Shown here: piece by piece, positions 1 through 8,744 of the stretch
How positions within the stretch are numbered: the stretch's first letter is position 1
Layout: every line of letters begins with the position of its first letter
IMG/VR virus record: IMGVR_UViG_2778261084_000006
Coordinates: 1-25,050 of that record
Strand: one strand, 5' to 3'
DNA: 25,050 nt
Source of the DNA: a virus
Lineage: Duplodnaviria > Heunggongvirae > Uroviricota > Caudoviricetes
Notes under the pieces: model-generated
Seen by the model: the letters and a program-made list of their open reading frames with translations, nothing else
Told to the model about the DNA's origin: nothing
Databases searched by the model: none
Program-made: the position numbers and the translations under genes

Positions 1-318
1 ATGAAAAAGATAGCTGCTATATCATTAATTAGTGTTTTTCTTATGTCTGGGTGTGCTGTACATAATGATGAGACAAGTATCGGTAAATTTGGTCTTGCAT
101 ATAAAAGTAATATTCAGCGTAAACTCGATAACCAATACTACACCGAAGCCGAAGCTTCTTTAGCCAGGGGCAGAATTTCTGGTGCAGAAAATATAGTAAA
201 AAATGATGCAGCTCATTTCTGTGTTACTCAGGGCAAAAAAATGCAGATAGTTGACCTGAAGACAGAAGGTGCAGGATTACATGGCGTCGCTCGTCTGACA
301 TTCAAATGTGGAGAGTGA
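1..318 (+). CDS. yegR: small lipoprotein, YegR-like (host chromosomal flank)
   Basis: 105-aa ORF with N-terminal signal peptide ending in lipobox LMSGC; lies outside the prophage att repeat; synteny with cyaR/yegQ on the far side recalls the K-12 yegR-(P2 remnant)-cyaR-yegQ locus (memory, not searched). Confidence 0.6.
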   Translation: MKKIAAISLISVFLMSGCAVHNDETSIGKFGLAYKSNIQRKLDNQYYTEAEASLARGRISGAENIVKNDAAHFCVTQGKKMQIVDLKTEGAGLHGVARLTFKCGE

Positions 319-380
319 GAATATTTTTTGGTAAGCGTCAAACATGCGCGTTCTGGCTGTGCGTAACCGGAACCTGTGCG

Positions 381-413
381 AGCACGATGCCAATAAGTGA
401 AAGGCATCGTGCT
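381..413. other. perfect 11-bp inverted repeat (agcacgatgcc / ggcatcgtgct, 11-nt loop) in host-side flank
   Basis: read directly; no adjacent T-tract on either strand, so not a canonical intrinsic terminator. Confidence 0.4.
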
Positions 414-475
414 ATGAAGGGGGATTCTATCGATGTGGTCAATGGAAGACGGTGACCAGGATACGGCTTATGCAT

Positions 476-502
476 AAAAAATAAGCCCGTGTAAGGGAGA
501 TT
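476..502. repeat. attL core (27 bp; copy of cyaR 3' end; matches the P2 attP core as I recall it)
   Basis: aaaaaataagcccgtgtaagggagatt, recurring at 23518-23543 with 5 rather than 6 leading A; adjacent to the integrase 3' end. Confidence 0.8.
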
Positions 503-581
503 TAGGGTGTCACCAGTAGGGGCTTTCAACGGTACAATGCGGGTTTGAGCGGCATAAATTACCACTGAAAGCCCTTAAACG

Positions 582-1595
582 TTACTCTACTGTGGACACT
601 GTGTGGACACTCTCGGCCTCAGTACCACCTCTTAGCGGATTAAGAGAAATGGCGTCCTGAAGGTACTCTGGCGCAAAATGAGCGTAAACCATAGTTTGCT
701 CAATCCGCGTGTGACCTAGTATCCGTTGTAGCGTGATAATACTTCCTCCATTAATCATGAAATGAGTGGCAAAGCTGTGCCTTAGTGCATGTGTGGCTTG
801 CCCCATTGGCAAATCCGGTTTTATTGCTTTCATTGTTCGTCTGAAGCGAGGGTAATCAGCATCAGGGAATAAAAAACCTCGTTTGTTATCCGCGATCATT
901 TTGGCAACAGCCTCTGAGATCGGGACGGTGCGTGGTTTGTTTGTTTTCGTTTTAACAAACGTGACGCGGTTATGGATGATATTTTCTGCTTTCAAACGAG
1001 CTGCTTCTCCCCAACGTGCTCCAGTACTCAGGCAAAGAATCGCAATCTTTTTGTTGTCGCCGTCAAGAGCAGCAAGCAGTAAGGCAATTTCTTCCTGCGT
1101 GAGATAGCCTGTGTCTGGTTTTTCCTCCTTAAGCCTTTTTGTCCCTCTGATAGGGTGCTCACCAAAGAATAACTCCGCTTCAATCAGGGCTGTAAACATG
1201 CCGCTAATACATGTTAAATCACGATTGATACTCGAAGGTTTAATACCCTGACTTCTTCGGGTGGCGCAGTACTGGCTGATAAGCGATTTCGTAATTTGAA
1301 ATGCGCATGGGTCATTCGTTATTTTTGTGAAGATTTCAATTTTTCCAAGATTAGATTTCCCATGCTCTTCGTGTTTACCCTTTAAATCCCACCAGATCTG
1401 TGTCAGCTCCGACAGACGTCGCTTGTCTGTTGGTTTTGATAGCCATTCTTTATTGTGGTGGTTGTACAACGTGTATTTCTCGAAAGCGACAGCTTCGCTT
1501 TTCTTATCAAACTTCCTACGGATGCGTTTTCCATTACGTCCAGTAGGGCGGATGTCCACTTCATATCGACCATCATCGAGTTTTTTGATTGCCAT
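582..1595 (-). CDS. int: tyrosine integrase (P2 Int-like, 337 aa)
   Basis: starts MAIKKLDDGRYEVDIRPTG; C-terminal catalytic signature ARWGE / HALRHSFAT / MVYAHF (R-H-R-Y recombinase); sits next to the att core as in P2. Confidence 0.95.
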   Translation of the reverse strand: MAIKKLDDGRYEVDIRPTGRNGKRIRRKFDKKSEAVAFEKYTLYNHHNKEWLSKPTDKRRLSELTQIWWDLKGKHEEHGKSNLGKIEIFTKITNDPCAFQITKSLISQYCATRRSQGIKPSSINRDLTCISGMFTALIEAELFFGEHPIRGTKRLKEEKPDTGYLTQEEIALLLAALDGDNKKIAILCLSTGARWGEAARLKAENIIHNRVTFVKTKTNKPRTVPISEAVAKMIADNKRGFLFPDADYPRFRRTMKAIKPDLPMGQATHALRHSFATHFMINGGSIITLQRILGHTRIEQTMVYAHFAPEYLQDAISLNPLRGGTEAESVHTVSTVE

Positions 1596-1710
1596 CAGAA
1601 AACCCTCCGAGTGGTGTGTTTTTTTGCGACTACTAATCGCTTTTTTCGTGGTGGCTGAAATTTAGCCACCAATAGTAGGCACTTGTGATGAATATATTCA
1701 CGATGAATTG

Positions 1711-2010
1711 TTAACCAGTCTTTTGACCGGAGTGGGGCGACGTTGTTTCGTTTTGCCCAAAGTGTGCGAGAGCGGGCGCAATTTGCCCGGACTCAGGAGC
1801 GATCTGATTGGTCATGAACCATAAAGTGTATTTGGTGAATTGTGGGGTCTGCAGGATGTTCATCATGACATCTGTTGGAGGTGTTGAACGACCACTTTCA
1901 TAGTAACTCAGCGTGCCATACGGAACCCCTGTTAAATCAGCAAGTTGTTGTCTGCTCAAATACTCTGATTTTCGCATTAAGACTATCTTCTCGCTTATCG
2001 TGTTTGACAT
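1711..2010 (-). CDS. C: immunity repressor C (P2 C-like, 99 aa, HTH)
   Basis: MSNTISEKIVLMRKSEYLSRQQLADLTGVPYGTLSYYESG; HTH motif; divergent from cox; matches my recollection of P2 C. Confidence 0.9.
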   Translation of the reverse strand: MSNTISEKIVLMRKSEYLSRQQLADLTGVPYGTLSYYESGRSTPPTDVMMNILQTPQFTKYTLWFMTNQIAPESGQIAPALAHFGQNETTSPHSGQKTG

Positions 2011-2124
2011 GGTGTTTAGATCTCAATAGTATTTAGTTTAGATGTAGATTGTTTAGTGCTTGGATGTGGGCACTAAAAGGCATTATAAGACATTAAACGC
2101 AATTCATGAGGGCTAGAGGACGAC
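2011..2124. promoter_or_regulatory. C/cox intergenic switch region (face-to-face Pc/Pe promoters and repressor operators)
   Basis: 114-bp AT-rich interval between divergent C and cox with reiterated TTTAG-containing motifs (tttagatct, tttagtttagatgtagattgtttagtg); exact operator boundaries not resolved. Confidence 0.55.
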
Positions 2125-2400
2125 ATGAGCAAGCAAGTAACACTCATGACTGATGCGATTCCTTATCAGGAGTTCGCAAAACTAATAGGAAAATCGACAG
2201 GAGCGGTTCGTCGGATGATCGATAAAGGAAAGCTGCCTGTAATTGATATGACCGATCCACAATCAGCTTCAGGTCGTGCAGGTGAATATTGGGTATACCT
2301 TCCGGCATGGAATAACGGACTAAAACTGGCTTATGAAAGCCGCCCTAAAGAGATTCGTGACGGCTGGTTGATGTGGTTAGGTCTCGGTGAACCACGTTAA
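2125..2400 (+). CDS. cox: Cox (excisionase / repressor of Pc), 91 aa
   Basis: MSKQVTLMTDAIPYQEFAKLIGKSTGAVRRMIDKGKLPVIDMTDPQ; size and position identical to P2 cox. Confidence 0.9.
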   Translation: MSKQVTLMTDAIPYQEFAKLIGKSTGAVRRMIDKGKLPVIDMTDPQSASGRAGEYWVYLPAWNNGLKLAYESRPKEIRDGWLMWLGLGEPR

Positions 2401-2410
2401 GGAGAACCGT

Positions 2411-2581
2411 ATGAATGAGCCTCGTTGTATTGCTCAGTTACTGCGTAACGAAAGCCCCAGGGCGATTGACTTCACCATCACCCACGGTAAGGGGCGTAAG
2501 GGAATCATTATCCGCACCAAAAAACAGAGTCCGTTAAAAAAGGCTCTGACCTTTCTGAAAAGCCGGAGGGTATGGAAATGA
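2411..2581 (+). CDS. small early-operon protein (P2 orf78-like), hypothetical
   Basis: ATG at 2411 preceded by aaggag RBS; ORF-track entry 2387..2581 begins upstream at a non-ATG codon; stop overlaps B start. Confidence 0.5.
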   Translation: MNEPRCIAQLLRNESPRAIDFTITHGKGRKGIIIRTKKQSPLKKALTFLKSRRVWK

Positions 2582-3078
2582 CAGTGATGACGCTCAATCT
2601 CGTTGAAAAACAGCCAGCAGCTATGCGCCGGATAATTGGTAAGCATCTTGCCGTTCCTCGCTGGCAGGATACATGTGATTATTATAATCAGATGATGGAG
2701 CGCGAACGGCTAACAGTTTGCTTTCATGCGCAGTTAAAACAGCGTCACGCAACGATGCGTTTTGAAGAAATGAACGACGTCGAACGTGAACGACTGGTAT
2801 GTGCAATTGATGAATTGCGTGGGGCATTCTCAAAACGTCGTCAGGTCGGTGCAAGTGAGTATGCATATATTAGTTTTTTAACAGTCAGTCAGCGTCGTAC
2901 TTTATTTATGCATGCCGGATTGACTGAAAAAGAATTTAACCAGCCATACTGGCGAATTAATGAAGAGTCATGTTACTGGCGTGATGCTTTATTCCGTGCA
3001 TTACGTGAATTATTCAGCCTGTTTGAGTATGCACCGACAATTCTGACATCGGTAAAACCAGAGCAATATCTGCATTAA
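2578..3078 (+). CDS. B: replication protein B (P2 gpB-like, helicase-loader type)
   Basis: MTVMTLNLVEKQPAAMRRIIGKHLAVPRWQDTCDYYNQ...; start chosen at second ATG (2578) for RBS spacing after ggaggg; track ORF starts at 2572. Confidence 0.85.
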   Translation: MTVMTLNLVEKQPAAMRRIIGKHLAVPRWQDTCDYYNQMMERERLTVCFHAQLKQRHATMRFEEMNDVERERLVCAIDELRGAFSKRRQVGASEYAYISFLTVSQRRTLFMHAGLTEKEFNQPYWRINEESCYWRDALFRALRELFSLFEYAPTILTSVKPEQYLH

Positions 3079-3141
3079 GTAATTAACCAGAGTTTTTAAC
3101 GCACTTAATTGTGCGGGGCTTCTTTTTGCCTGGAGAAAGTC

Positions 3142-3366
3142 ATGCATACAGTTTCTGAAAATCAGTGCGGTAAATACGCATTACTGCTGCAACAGGCCAG
3201 AACCGAAGCACAGGCCGATGCAGCGACGCGCTTTTCTTCTCATCTTGACGCCATGATTCGCCACATCACAAAGGCGGAGTTATCCCGCGTGGAGATAGTC
3301 GAGCTGCTCAGTCAGGAGTCGGAAAAATTTCACAACATCGGATTGTCTCGCGGGGAGGTGCTTTGA
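3142..3366 (+). CDS. small early-operon hypothetical protein (P2 orf80-like position)
   Basis: ATG at 3142 with ggagaaag RBS; track ORF starts at TTG 3109; stop overlaps next start. Confidence 0.5.
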   Translation: MHTVSENQCGKYALLLQQARTEAQADAATRFSSHLDAMIRHITKAELSRVEIVELLSQESEKFHNIGLSRGEVL

Positions 3367-3668
3367 TGTCCTGTTCTCGTTCAGTTGTTTTACTGAACAA
3401 TGCCTTAAAAATCGCCGTTATGAAAAATGGCGATTTGTCTCTTATTCAACTTGGTCTTGATAAAGAAAAACGCGAAATAACTGAATCTGTTATCGCGATT
3501 TATCAGAGTGAATTAAACCTCCTGTCTGATGTGGTCAATTTACTTGTTAAACGCGCTGTATTTCACAAGCAAATTTCCTCCGTGGATGAACTGACGAAAT
3601 TAACGACAGAAATCGCCAGCTATTGCGCTGATGAATTTAAAAAAATGAACGACAAAAGGAACTGGTAA
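3366..3668 (+). CDS. small early-operon hypothetical protein (P2 orf81-like position)
   Basis: ATG 3366 overlapping upstream stop (TGATG), ggggagg RBS; ~100 aa. Confidence 0.5.
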   Translation: MSCSRSVVLLNNALKIAVMKNGDLSLIQLGLDKEKREITESVIAIYQSELNLLSDVVNLLVKRAVFHKQISSVDELTKLTTEIASYCADEFKKMNDKRNW

Positions 3669-3892
3669 TGCCGGACAACGTAGATTTTATTCAGGAACAA
3701 CAGGCTGAATTACTGGAGCGCCAGATTAACGCGGCAAGGGTAAAACATTGCGGTGCTTCTGCGCTGGTTTGCGAAGAGTGTGACGCGCCAATACCTGCTG
3801 CCCGTCGTGCGGCTTATCCGTCAGCCACGCGTTGTGTTTCCTGTCAGGCAGTCTTTGAAGCAAAAAACAAACATTACCGGAGAACGGCATGA
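3668..3892 (+). CDS. TraR/DksA-family C4 zinc-finger protein (P2 orf82-like)
   Basis: 74 aa; CGASALVCEECDAPIP...ATRCVSCQ gives CxxC-N17-CxxC; TAATG overlap with upstream gene. Confidence 0.75.
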   Translation: MPDNVDFIQEQQAELLERQINAARVKHCGASALVCEECDAPIPAARRAAYPSATRCVSCQAVFEAKNKHYRRTA

Positions 3893-4164
3893 GTATTCGT
3901 ATTGAAATTGGCGAACGTTATGTCGTTACCAGTGACAGCTTTCAGTTTATTCTCCACGAGAAAAAGAGAGCGGAAAGCGGTAAAAACGCCGGTCAGGAAT
4001 GGCTGGCGGTGGTTGGTTATTACCCGAAATTAAGCCAGCTCGTTTCCGGCCTGATGCATCACGATATTCTGACCGGAAGCGCAAAATCTTTTGCCGATTT
4101 AAACGTGCAGGTTGAGCAACTCAGCAGGCGTTGTTCAGAGGCTTTTGGCTCATATGGACGTTAA
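3889..4164 (+). CDS. small early-operon hypothetical protein (P2 orf83-like position)
   Basis: ATGA overlap with upstream stop; ggagaacgg RBS; 3' end overlaps the A start. Confidence 0.5.
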   Translation: MSIRIEIGERYVVTSDSFQFILHEKKRAESGKNAGQEWLAVVGYYPKLSQLVSGLMHHDILTGSAKSFADLNVQVEQLSRRCSEAFGSYGR

Positions 4165-6439
4165 AGCCTCCGGGCGTTTTGTCCCTCCGTCAGCATTTGC
4201 CGCAGGCACCGGTAAGACGTTTACCGGTGCTTATGCATGGAACGCGCCACGCGAGGCTGTCGGGCGCGAAAGACCCCTTACACGTGACGAGATGCGTCAG
4301 GTGCAAGGTGTTTTATCCACGATAAATCGCCTGCCTTATTTTTTGCGCTCGCTGTTTACTTCACGCTATGACTACATCCGGCGCAATAAAAGCCCGGTGC
4401 ACGGGTTTTATTTCCTCACATCCACTTTTCAGCGTCGTTTATGGCCGCGCATTGAGCGTGTGAATCAGCGCCATGAAATGAACACCGACGCGTCGTTGCT
4501 GTTTCTGGCAGAGCGTGACCATTATGCGCGCCTGCCGGGAATGAATGACAAGGAGCTGAAAAGGTTTGCCGCCCGTATCTCATCGCAGCTTTTCATGATG
4601 TATGAGGAACTCTGCGATGCCTGGGTGGATGCGCATGGCGAAAAAGAATCGCTGTTTACGGATGAGGCGCAGGCGTATCTGTATGGTCATGTTGCTGGCG
4701 CTGCACGTGCTTTCAATATTTCCCCGCTTTACTGGAAAAAATACCGTAAAGGACAGATGACCACGAGGCAGGCATATTCTGCCATTGCCCGTCTGTTTAA
4801 CGATGAGTGGTGGACTCATCAGCTTAAAGGCCAGCGTATGCGCTGGCATGAGGCGTTATTGATAGCTGTCGGGGAGGTCAATAAAGACCGTTCTCCTTAT
4901 GCCAGTAAACATGCCATTCGGGATGTGCGTGCGCGCCGTCAGGCAAATCTGGAGTTTCTTAAATCGTGTGACCTTGAAAACAGGGAAACCGGCGAACGCA
5001 TCGACCTTATCAGTAAGGTGATGGGCAGTATTTCTAATCCTGAAATTCGCCGGATGGAGCTGATGAACACCATTGCCGGTATTGAGCGTTACGCCGCCGC
5101 AGAGGGTGATGTGGGGATGTTTATCACGCTGACCGCGCCGTCAAAGTATCACCCGACACGTCAGGTCGGAAAAGGCGAAAGTAAAACCGTCCAGCTTAAT
5201 CACGGCTGGAATGATGAGGCATTTAATCCGAAGGATGCGCAGCGTTATCTCTGCCGTATCTGGAGCCTGATGCGCACGGCATTCAAGGATAATGATTTAC
5301 AGGTCTACGGTTTGCGAGTCGTCGAGCCACACCACGACGGAACGCCGCACTGGCATATGATGCTTTTTTGTAATCCACGCCAGCGTAACCAGATTATCGA
5401 AATCATGCGTCGCTACGCGCTCAAAGAGGATGGCGACGAAAGAGGAGCTGCGCGAAACCGTTTTCAGGCAAAACACCTTAACCGGGGCGGTGCTGCGGGA
5501 TATATCGCGAAATACATTTCAAAAAACATCGACGGCTATGCACTGGATGGTCAGCTCGATAACGATACCGGCAGGCCGCTGAAAGACACCGCCGCGGCTG
5601 TTACCGCATGGGCGTCAACGTGGCGCATCCCGCAATTTAAAACGGTTGGCCTGCCGACAATGGGGGCTTACCGTGAACTACGCAAATTGCCGCGCGGCGT
5701 CAGCATTGCTGATGAGTTTGACGAGCGCGTCGAGGCTGCACGCGCCGCCGCAGACAGTGGCGATTTTGCGTTGTATATCAGCGCGCAGGGTGGGGCAAAT
5801 GTCCCGCGCGATTGTCAGACTGTCAGAGTCGCCCGTAGCCCGTCGGATGACGTTAACGAGTACGAGGAAGAAGTCGAGAGAGTGGTCGGCATTTACGCGC
5901 CGCATCTCGGCGCGCGTCATATTCATATCACCAGAACGACGGACTGGCGCATTGTGCCGAAAGTTCCGGTCGTTGAGCCTTTGACTTTAAAAAGCGGCAT
6001 CGCCGCGCCTCGGAGTCCTGTCAATAACTGTGGAAAGCTCACCGGTGGTGATACTTCGTTACCGGCTCCCACACCTTCTGAGCACGCCGCAGCAGTGCTT
6101 AATCTGGTTGATGACGGTGTTATTGAATGGAATGAACCGGAGGTCGTGAGGGCGCTCAGGGGCGCATTAAAACACGACCTGCGAACGCCAAACCGTCAGC
6201 AAAGAAACGGAAGCCCGTTAAAACCACATGAAATTGCACCATCGGCCAGACTGACCCGGTCGGAAAGAATGCAAATTACCCGTATCCGCGTTGACCTTGC
6301 TCAGAACGGTATCAGGCCACAGCGATGGGAGCTTGAGGCGCTGGCGCGGGGAGCGACCATAAATTATGGCGGGAAAAAATTCACGTATCCGGTCACTGAT
6401 GAGTGGCCGGGATTCTCAACAGTAATGGAGTGGACATAA
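4154..6439 (+). CDS. A: rolling-circle replication initiator gpA (HUH endonuclease), 761 aa
   Basis: HUH-type motif HHDGTPHWHMMLF and tandem-tyrosine motif AGYIAKYISKNIDGY; first ATG at 4154 (MDVKASG...) gives 761 aa; track ORF starts at TTG 4112. Confidence 0.9.
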   Translation: MDVKASGRFVPPSAFAAGTGKTFTGAYAWNAPREAVGRERPLTRDEMRQVQGVLSTINRLPYFLRSLFTSRYDYIRRNKSPVHGFYFLTSTFQRRLWPRIERVNQRHEMNTDASLLFLAERDHYARLPGMNDKELKRFAARISSQLFMMYEELCDAWVDAHGEKESLFTDEAQAYLYGHVAGAARAFNISPLYWKKYRKGQMTTRQAYSAIARLFNDEWWTHQLKGQRMRWHEALLIAVGEVNKDRSPYASKHAIRDVRARRQANLEFLKSCDLENRETGERIDLISKVMGSISNPEIRRMELMNTIAGIERYAAAEGDVGMFITLTAPSKYHPTRQVGKGESKTVQLNHGWNDEAFNPKDAQRYLCRIWSLMRTAFKDNDLQVYGLRVVEPHHDGTPHWHMMLFCNPRQRNQIIEIMRRYALKEDGDERGAARNRFQAKHLNRGGAAGYIAKYISKNIDGYALDGQLDNDTGRPLKDTAAAVTAWASTWRIPQFKTVGLPTMGAYRELRKLPRGVSIADEFDERVEAARAAADSGDFALYISAQGGANVPRDCQTVRVARSPSDDVNEYEEEVERVVGIYAPHLGARHIHITRTTDWRIVPKVPVVEPLTLKSGIAAPRSPVNNCGKLTGGDTSLPAPTPSEHAAAVLNLVDDGVIEWNEPEVVRALRGALKHDLRTPNRQQRNGSPLKPHEIAPSARLTRSERMQITRIRVDLAQNGIRPQRWELEALARGATINYGGKKFTYPVTDEWPGFSTVMEWT

Positions 6440-6592
6440 TGGCAAAAATTCACGCAATATTAGATAATTTCGTACTGTATATATTTAGTGTTATTGAAAA
6501 ATCTCGACAGAAAGAGTTTTCTGTATTTAATCGTTGCTTGCAGTTTGGTATTGTTTACCATGATTGTTTGTTAAGTGCTTTAAAGGTGAGGA

Positions 6593-8431
6593 ATGAGCGA
6601 GTTTGATGTTTTTTCTATTTCAGTTGATGATTTTAAAAAAAGTGAATACGCCAGTATATTATCATCGCCAAGAAGTTATTCTCATTTTGATATGGAGTCT
6701 TATTTTGTTCAGTTGTTGTCATCTTACAAGCTAAAAAACGATGTAAGTTCTTGGCGGCTTTGCTATTTATTACGTGCGTTGTTTAATTTTAAATTTTCTA
6801 GGTCTGGTGATATTATCGGTTTTGAGCCAAAAATCATTCTCTATCCTGAGAGGGGCTATAGGCCTTCAGATTATAAGGAGAGTTTTTCAACAATATTAAC
6901 TTGTATTAAAGAAAACTCCGATAATCCTTATATTATATCTAGGGTGTGTGATGTTTTATGGATAAATAACCGTAAGGATATAGACTCTGCCAATAAAGCA
7001 ATAGAGTCATATTCTCTAATGGTTAATGATGCTTGCGATACTTTAATAGAAAAACAAGAGTCAGGTGATATCCATATTTTTGATGTTGTTGACTGCTTGG
7101 ATAGAGGTATCGCAATATCGCGCATGCTTATTGGCAGGAAAAAACAACTACAAGGGGGGATAGTTGATTCGACATTAAGGTTATATCATGTATTAATAGA
7201 CTCTGGTATATTCACCGGTGTATTAAGAGTTTCTGAAATTCTTTATAAGAATAATTTATTGTGTCCCTTGCAATTGGCTGAGAATGCAGAAAAGATAGCT
7301 GATGAGCATTGTGGAGCGTCTTATTTTGATGCAGTGAAAAAATTGTTTTATTTTGCGTCTGAATTATATGTTAAAAACGATATGGAAGAGCAAGGAAGAC
7401 GGTGCAGAATTAAAGCGTCAGAAATAACATTGGCTCAATTTGAACAGTCTTCATCTTCAATATTGAAGGCTCATTGGTTAAGAGTTGCTCTTGGCGAATT
7501 TAGAGCAATTGGTGGAATGAATGAAGAAATTAAAAAGATTAGAGAGGAATTGAATTCTATTCGAGATCAAATTAATGATGAAATGCACTTCTTTGCAATA
7601 CCAATGGATCTTAGTGATGTTATCGCTCAGAAAGAGCATGTTTATAATCAATTGGATTTCTCAAGGGTAATTAAAACTTTAATTGCTAGATTTAAGATTG
7701 TAAGTGCCAGTGAAATTATGGAAAGAGCTCGTTCCGATGCTAAAAAACATTTTTTTCTTAATATGAGTGAAACGGTTGTTTATGATGATAGAGGGCGCGT
7801 TGTAGCAAGTCGTTCACCTTTGGATCCTGCGGGGGATATAAGTTTAAATGATGCTTGTGCAAATTATTTAAGAACTAGTAACATTGAGCATCAGGTCTAT
7901 GTTTGTGGTGAGTTTGAAGTCGTTAGGCAAAGTGTGTTGGCTAGGTATTCATTAAATGAAAATACATTTGACCCAATCTCACAACAAAGTGCATTTGTTC
8001 CACCTGGGTATGCAGAAATATTTTCTTTGGGGTTTTATAAGCTTTGGCAGGGAGATTATGTGTCTGCCTGTTATTTGTTATTGCCGCAATTGGAGAATTC
8101 AATTAGATGGATTTTAGAATTAAGAAGAAAAGAAACAACGAAAATAGATGTGTCGCTTTTTGAGGAGGCTACTAGCCTATCTCAAATGCTTGCAAATTAT
8201 AGGAGTGAAATGGAAGGTGTTTTTGATAGTGATCATGTATTGACTATGGATTTATTGTTCAATATGAAAGGTGGTGCTGCAATTAGACACACGATGGCTC
8301 ATGGCAGGTATACTGTAAATCATTGTTATCAACCAACTTCAGTTTTTGCCTGTGTCTTTATCTTTTATTTAACTTGTTTGCCTTTATTTAGTGTATGGGA
8401 AGATAAAGTTGAACCTTATCTGGCTGATTAA
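6593..8431 (+). CDS. cargo protein of unknown function, 612 aa, in the A-to-cos variable locus; possible HEPN-like motif and C-terminal hydrophobic anchor
   Basis: long ORF in visibly AT-rich DNA with aaggtgagg RBS; no Walker A motif (so not an Old-type ATPase); GGAAIRHTMAHG (Rx4H) near C-terminus followed by hydrophobic SVFACVFIFYLTCLPLFSVW. Confidence 0.7.
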   Translation: MSEFDVFSISVDDFKKSEYASILSSPRSYSHFDMESYFVQLLSSYKLKNDVSSWRLCYLLRALFNFKFSRSGDIIGFEPKIILYPERGYRPSDYKESFSTILTCIKENSDNPYIISRVCDVLWINNRKDIDSANKAIESYSLMVNDACDTLIEKQESGDIHIFDVVDCLDRGIAISRMLIGRKKQLQGGIVDSTLRLYHVLIDSGIFTGVLRVSEILYKNNLLCPLQLAENAEKIADEHCGASYFDAVKKLFYFASELYVKNDMEEQGRRCRIKASEITLAQFEQSSSSILKAHWLRVALGEFRAIGGMNEEIKKIREELNSIRDQINDEMHFFAIPMDLSDVIAQKEHVYNQLDFSRVIKTLIARFKIVSASEIMERARSDAKKHFFLNMSETVVYDDRGRVVASRSPLDPAGDISLNDACANYLRTSNIEHQVYVCGEFEVVRQSVLARYSLNENTFDPISQQSAFVPPGYAEIFSLGFYKLWQGDYVSACYLLLPQLENSIRWILELRRKETTKIDVSLFEEATSLSQMLANYRSEMEGVFDSDHVLTMDLLFNMKGGAAIRHTMAHGRYTVNHCYQPTSVFACVFIFYLTCLPLFSVWEDKVEPYLAD

Positions 8432-8592
8432 TGGAAGTTGATTTAGGTATTTTGGCATTTATCTTTCTGCGTGCAATATGTGCATGGTTTTGCATGTGCC
8501 GGAGTTGCATGTTCCGGCCGTGCGTCCGCCAGGACGGGCGTGGCTCAAAAGCGGTATTGCACTTGCATTAAAACCGCCCCACGAAGCGGGCG

Positions 8593-8611
8593 GGCGAGGC
8601 GGGGAAAGCAC
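8593..8611 (+). other. putative cos cohesive-end sequence (ggcgaggcggggaaagcac)
   Basis: 19-mer matches my recollection of the P2 cohesive end; lies between the A-side cargo and Q as expected for the P2 genome end; not verifiable here. Confidence 0.55.
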
Positions 8612-8744
8612 TGCGCGCAATGATGTCAGTTTGAGGGCATCAGGCATGGGGACACTACACAGTTTCATTTTTGTTATTAATTGTTTATCATATAAGTGTT
8701 TGTTTTTTGAACGGCATGTCGTGTGCTATATGGAGTGAATAGAA

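Noticed and set aside
338-565. 75-aa minus-strand ORF spanning the host flank and attL core
   Set aside because: Crosses the att repeat and the hairpin; no RBS or coherent protein features; most likely non-coding.
883-1665. Plus-strand ORFs (883..1107, 1327..1665, 1455..1658) inside the integrase gene
   Set aside because: Antisense to a confidently identified int; low-complexity translations; typical shadow ORFs.
6593-8431. Possibility that the 612-aa protein is P2 Old (OLD-family ATPase/TOPRIM nuclease) or Tin
   Set aside because: No Walker A (GxxxxGK[ST]) motif found by eye, and the size and composition differ from Tin; treated as a distinct unknown protein instead.
8478-8738. 86-aa plus-strand ORF across the cos region
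   Set aside because: Spans the GC-rich cos-like segment with no RBS; Pro/Gly/Arg-rich; probably non-coding packaging DNA.
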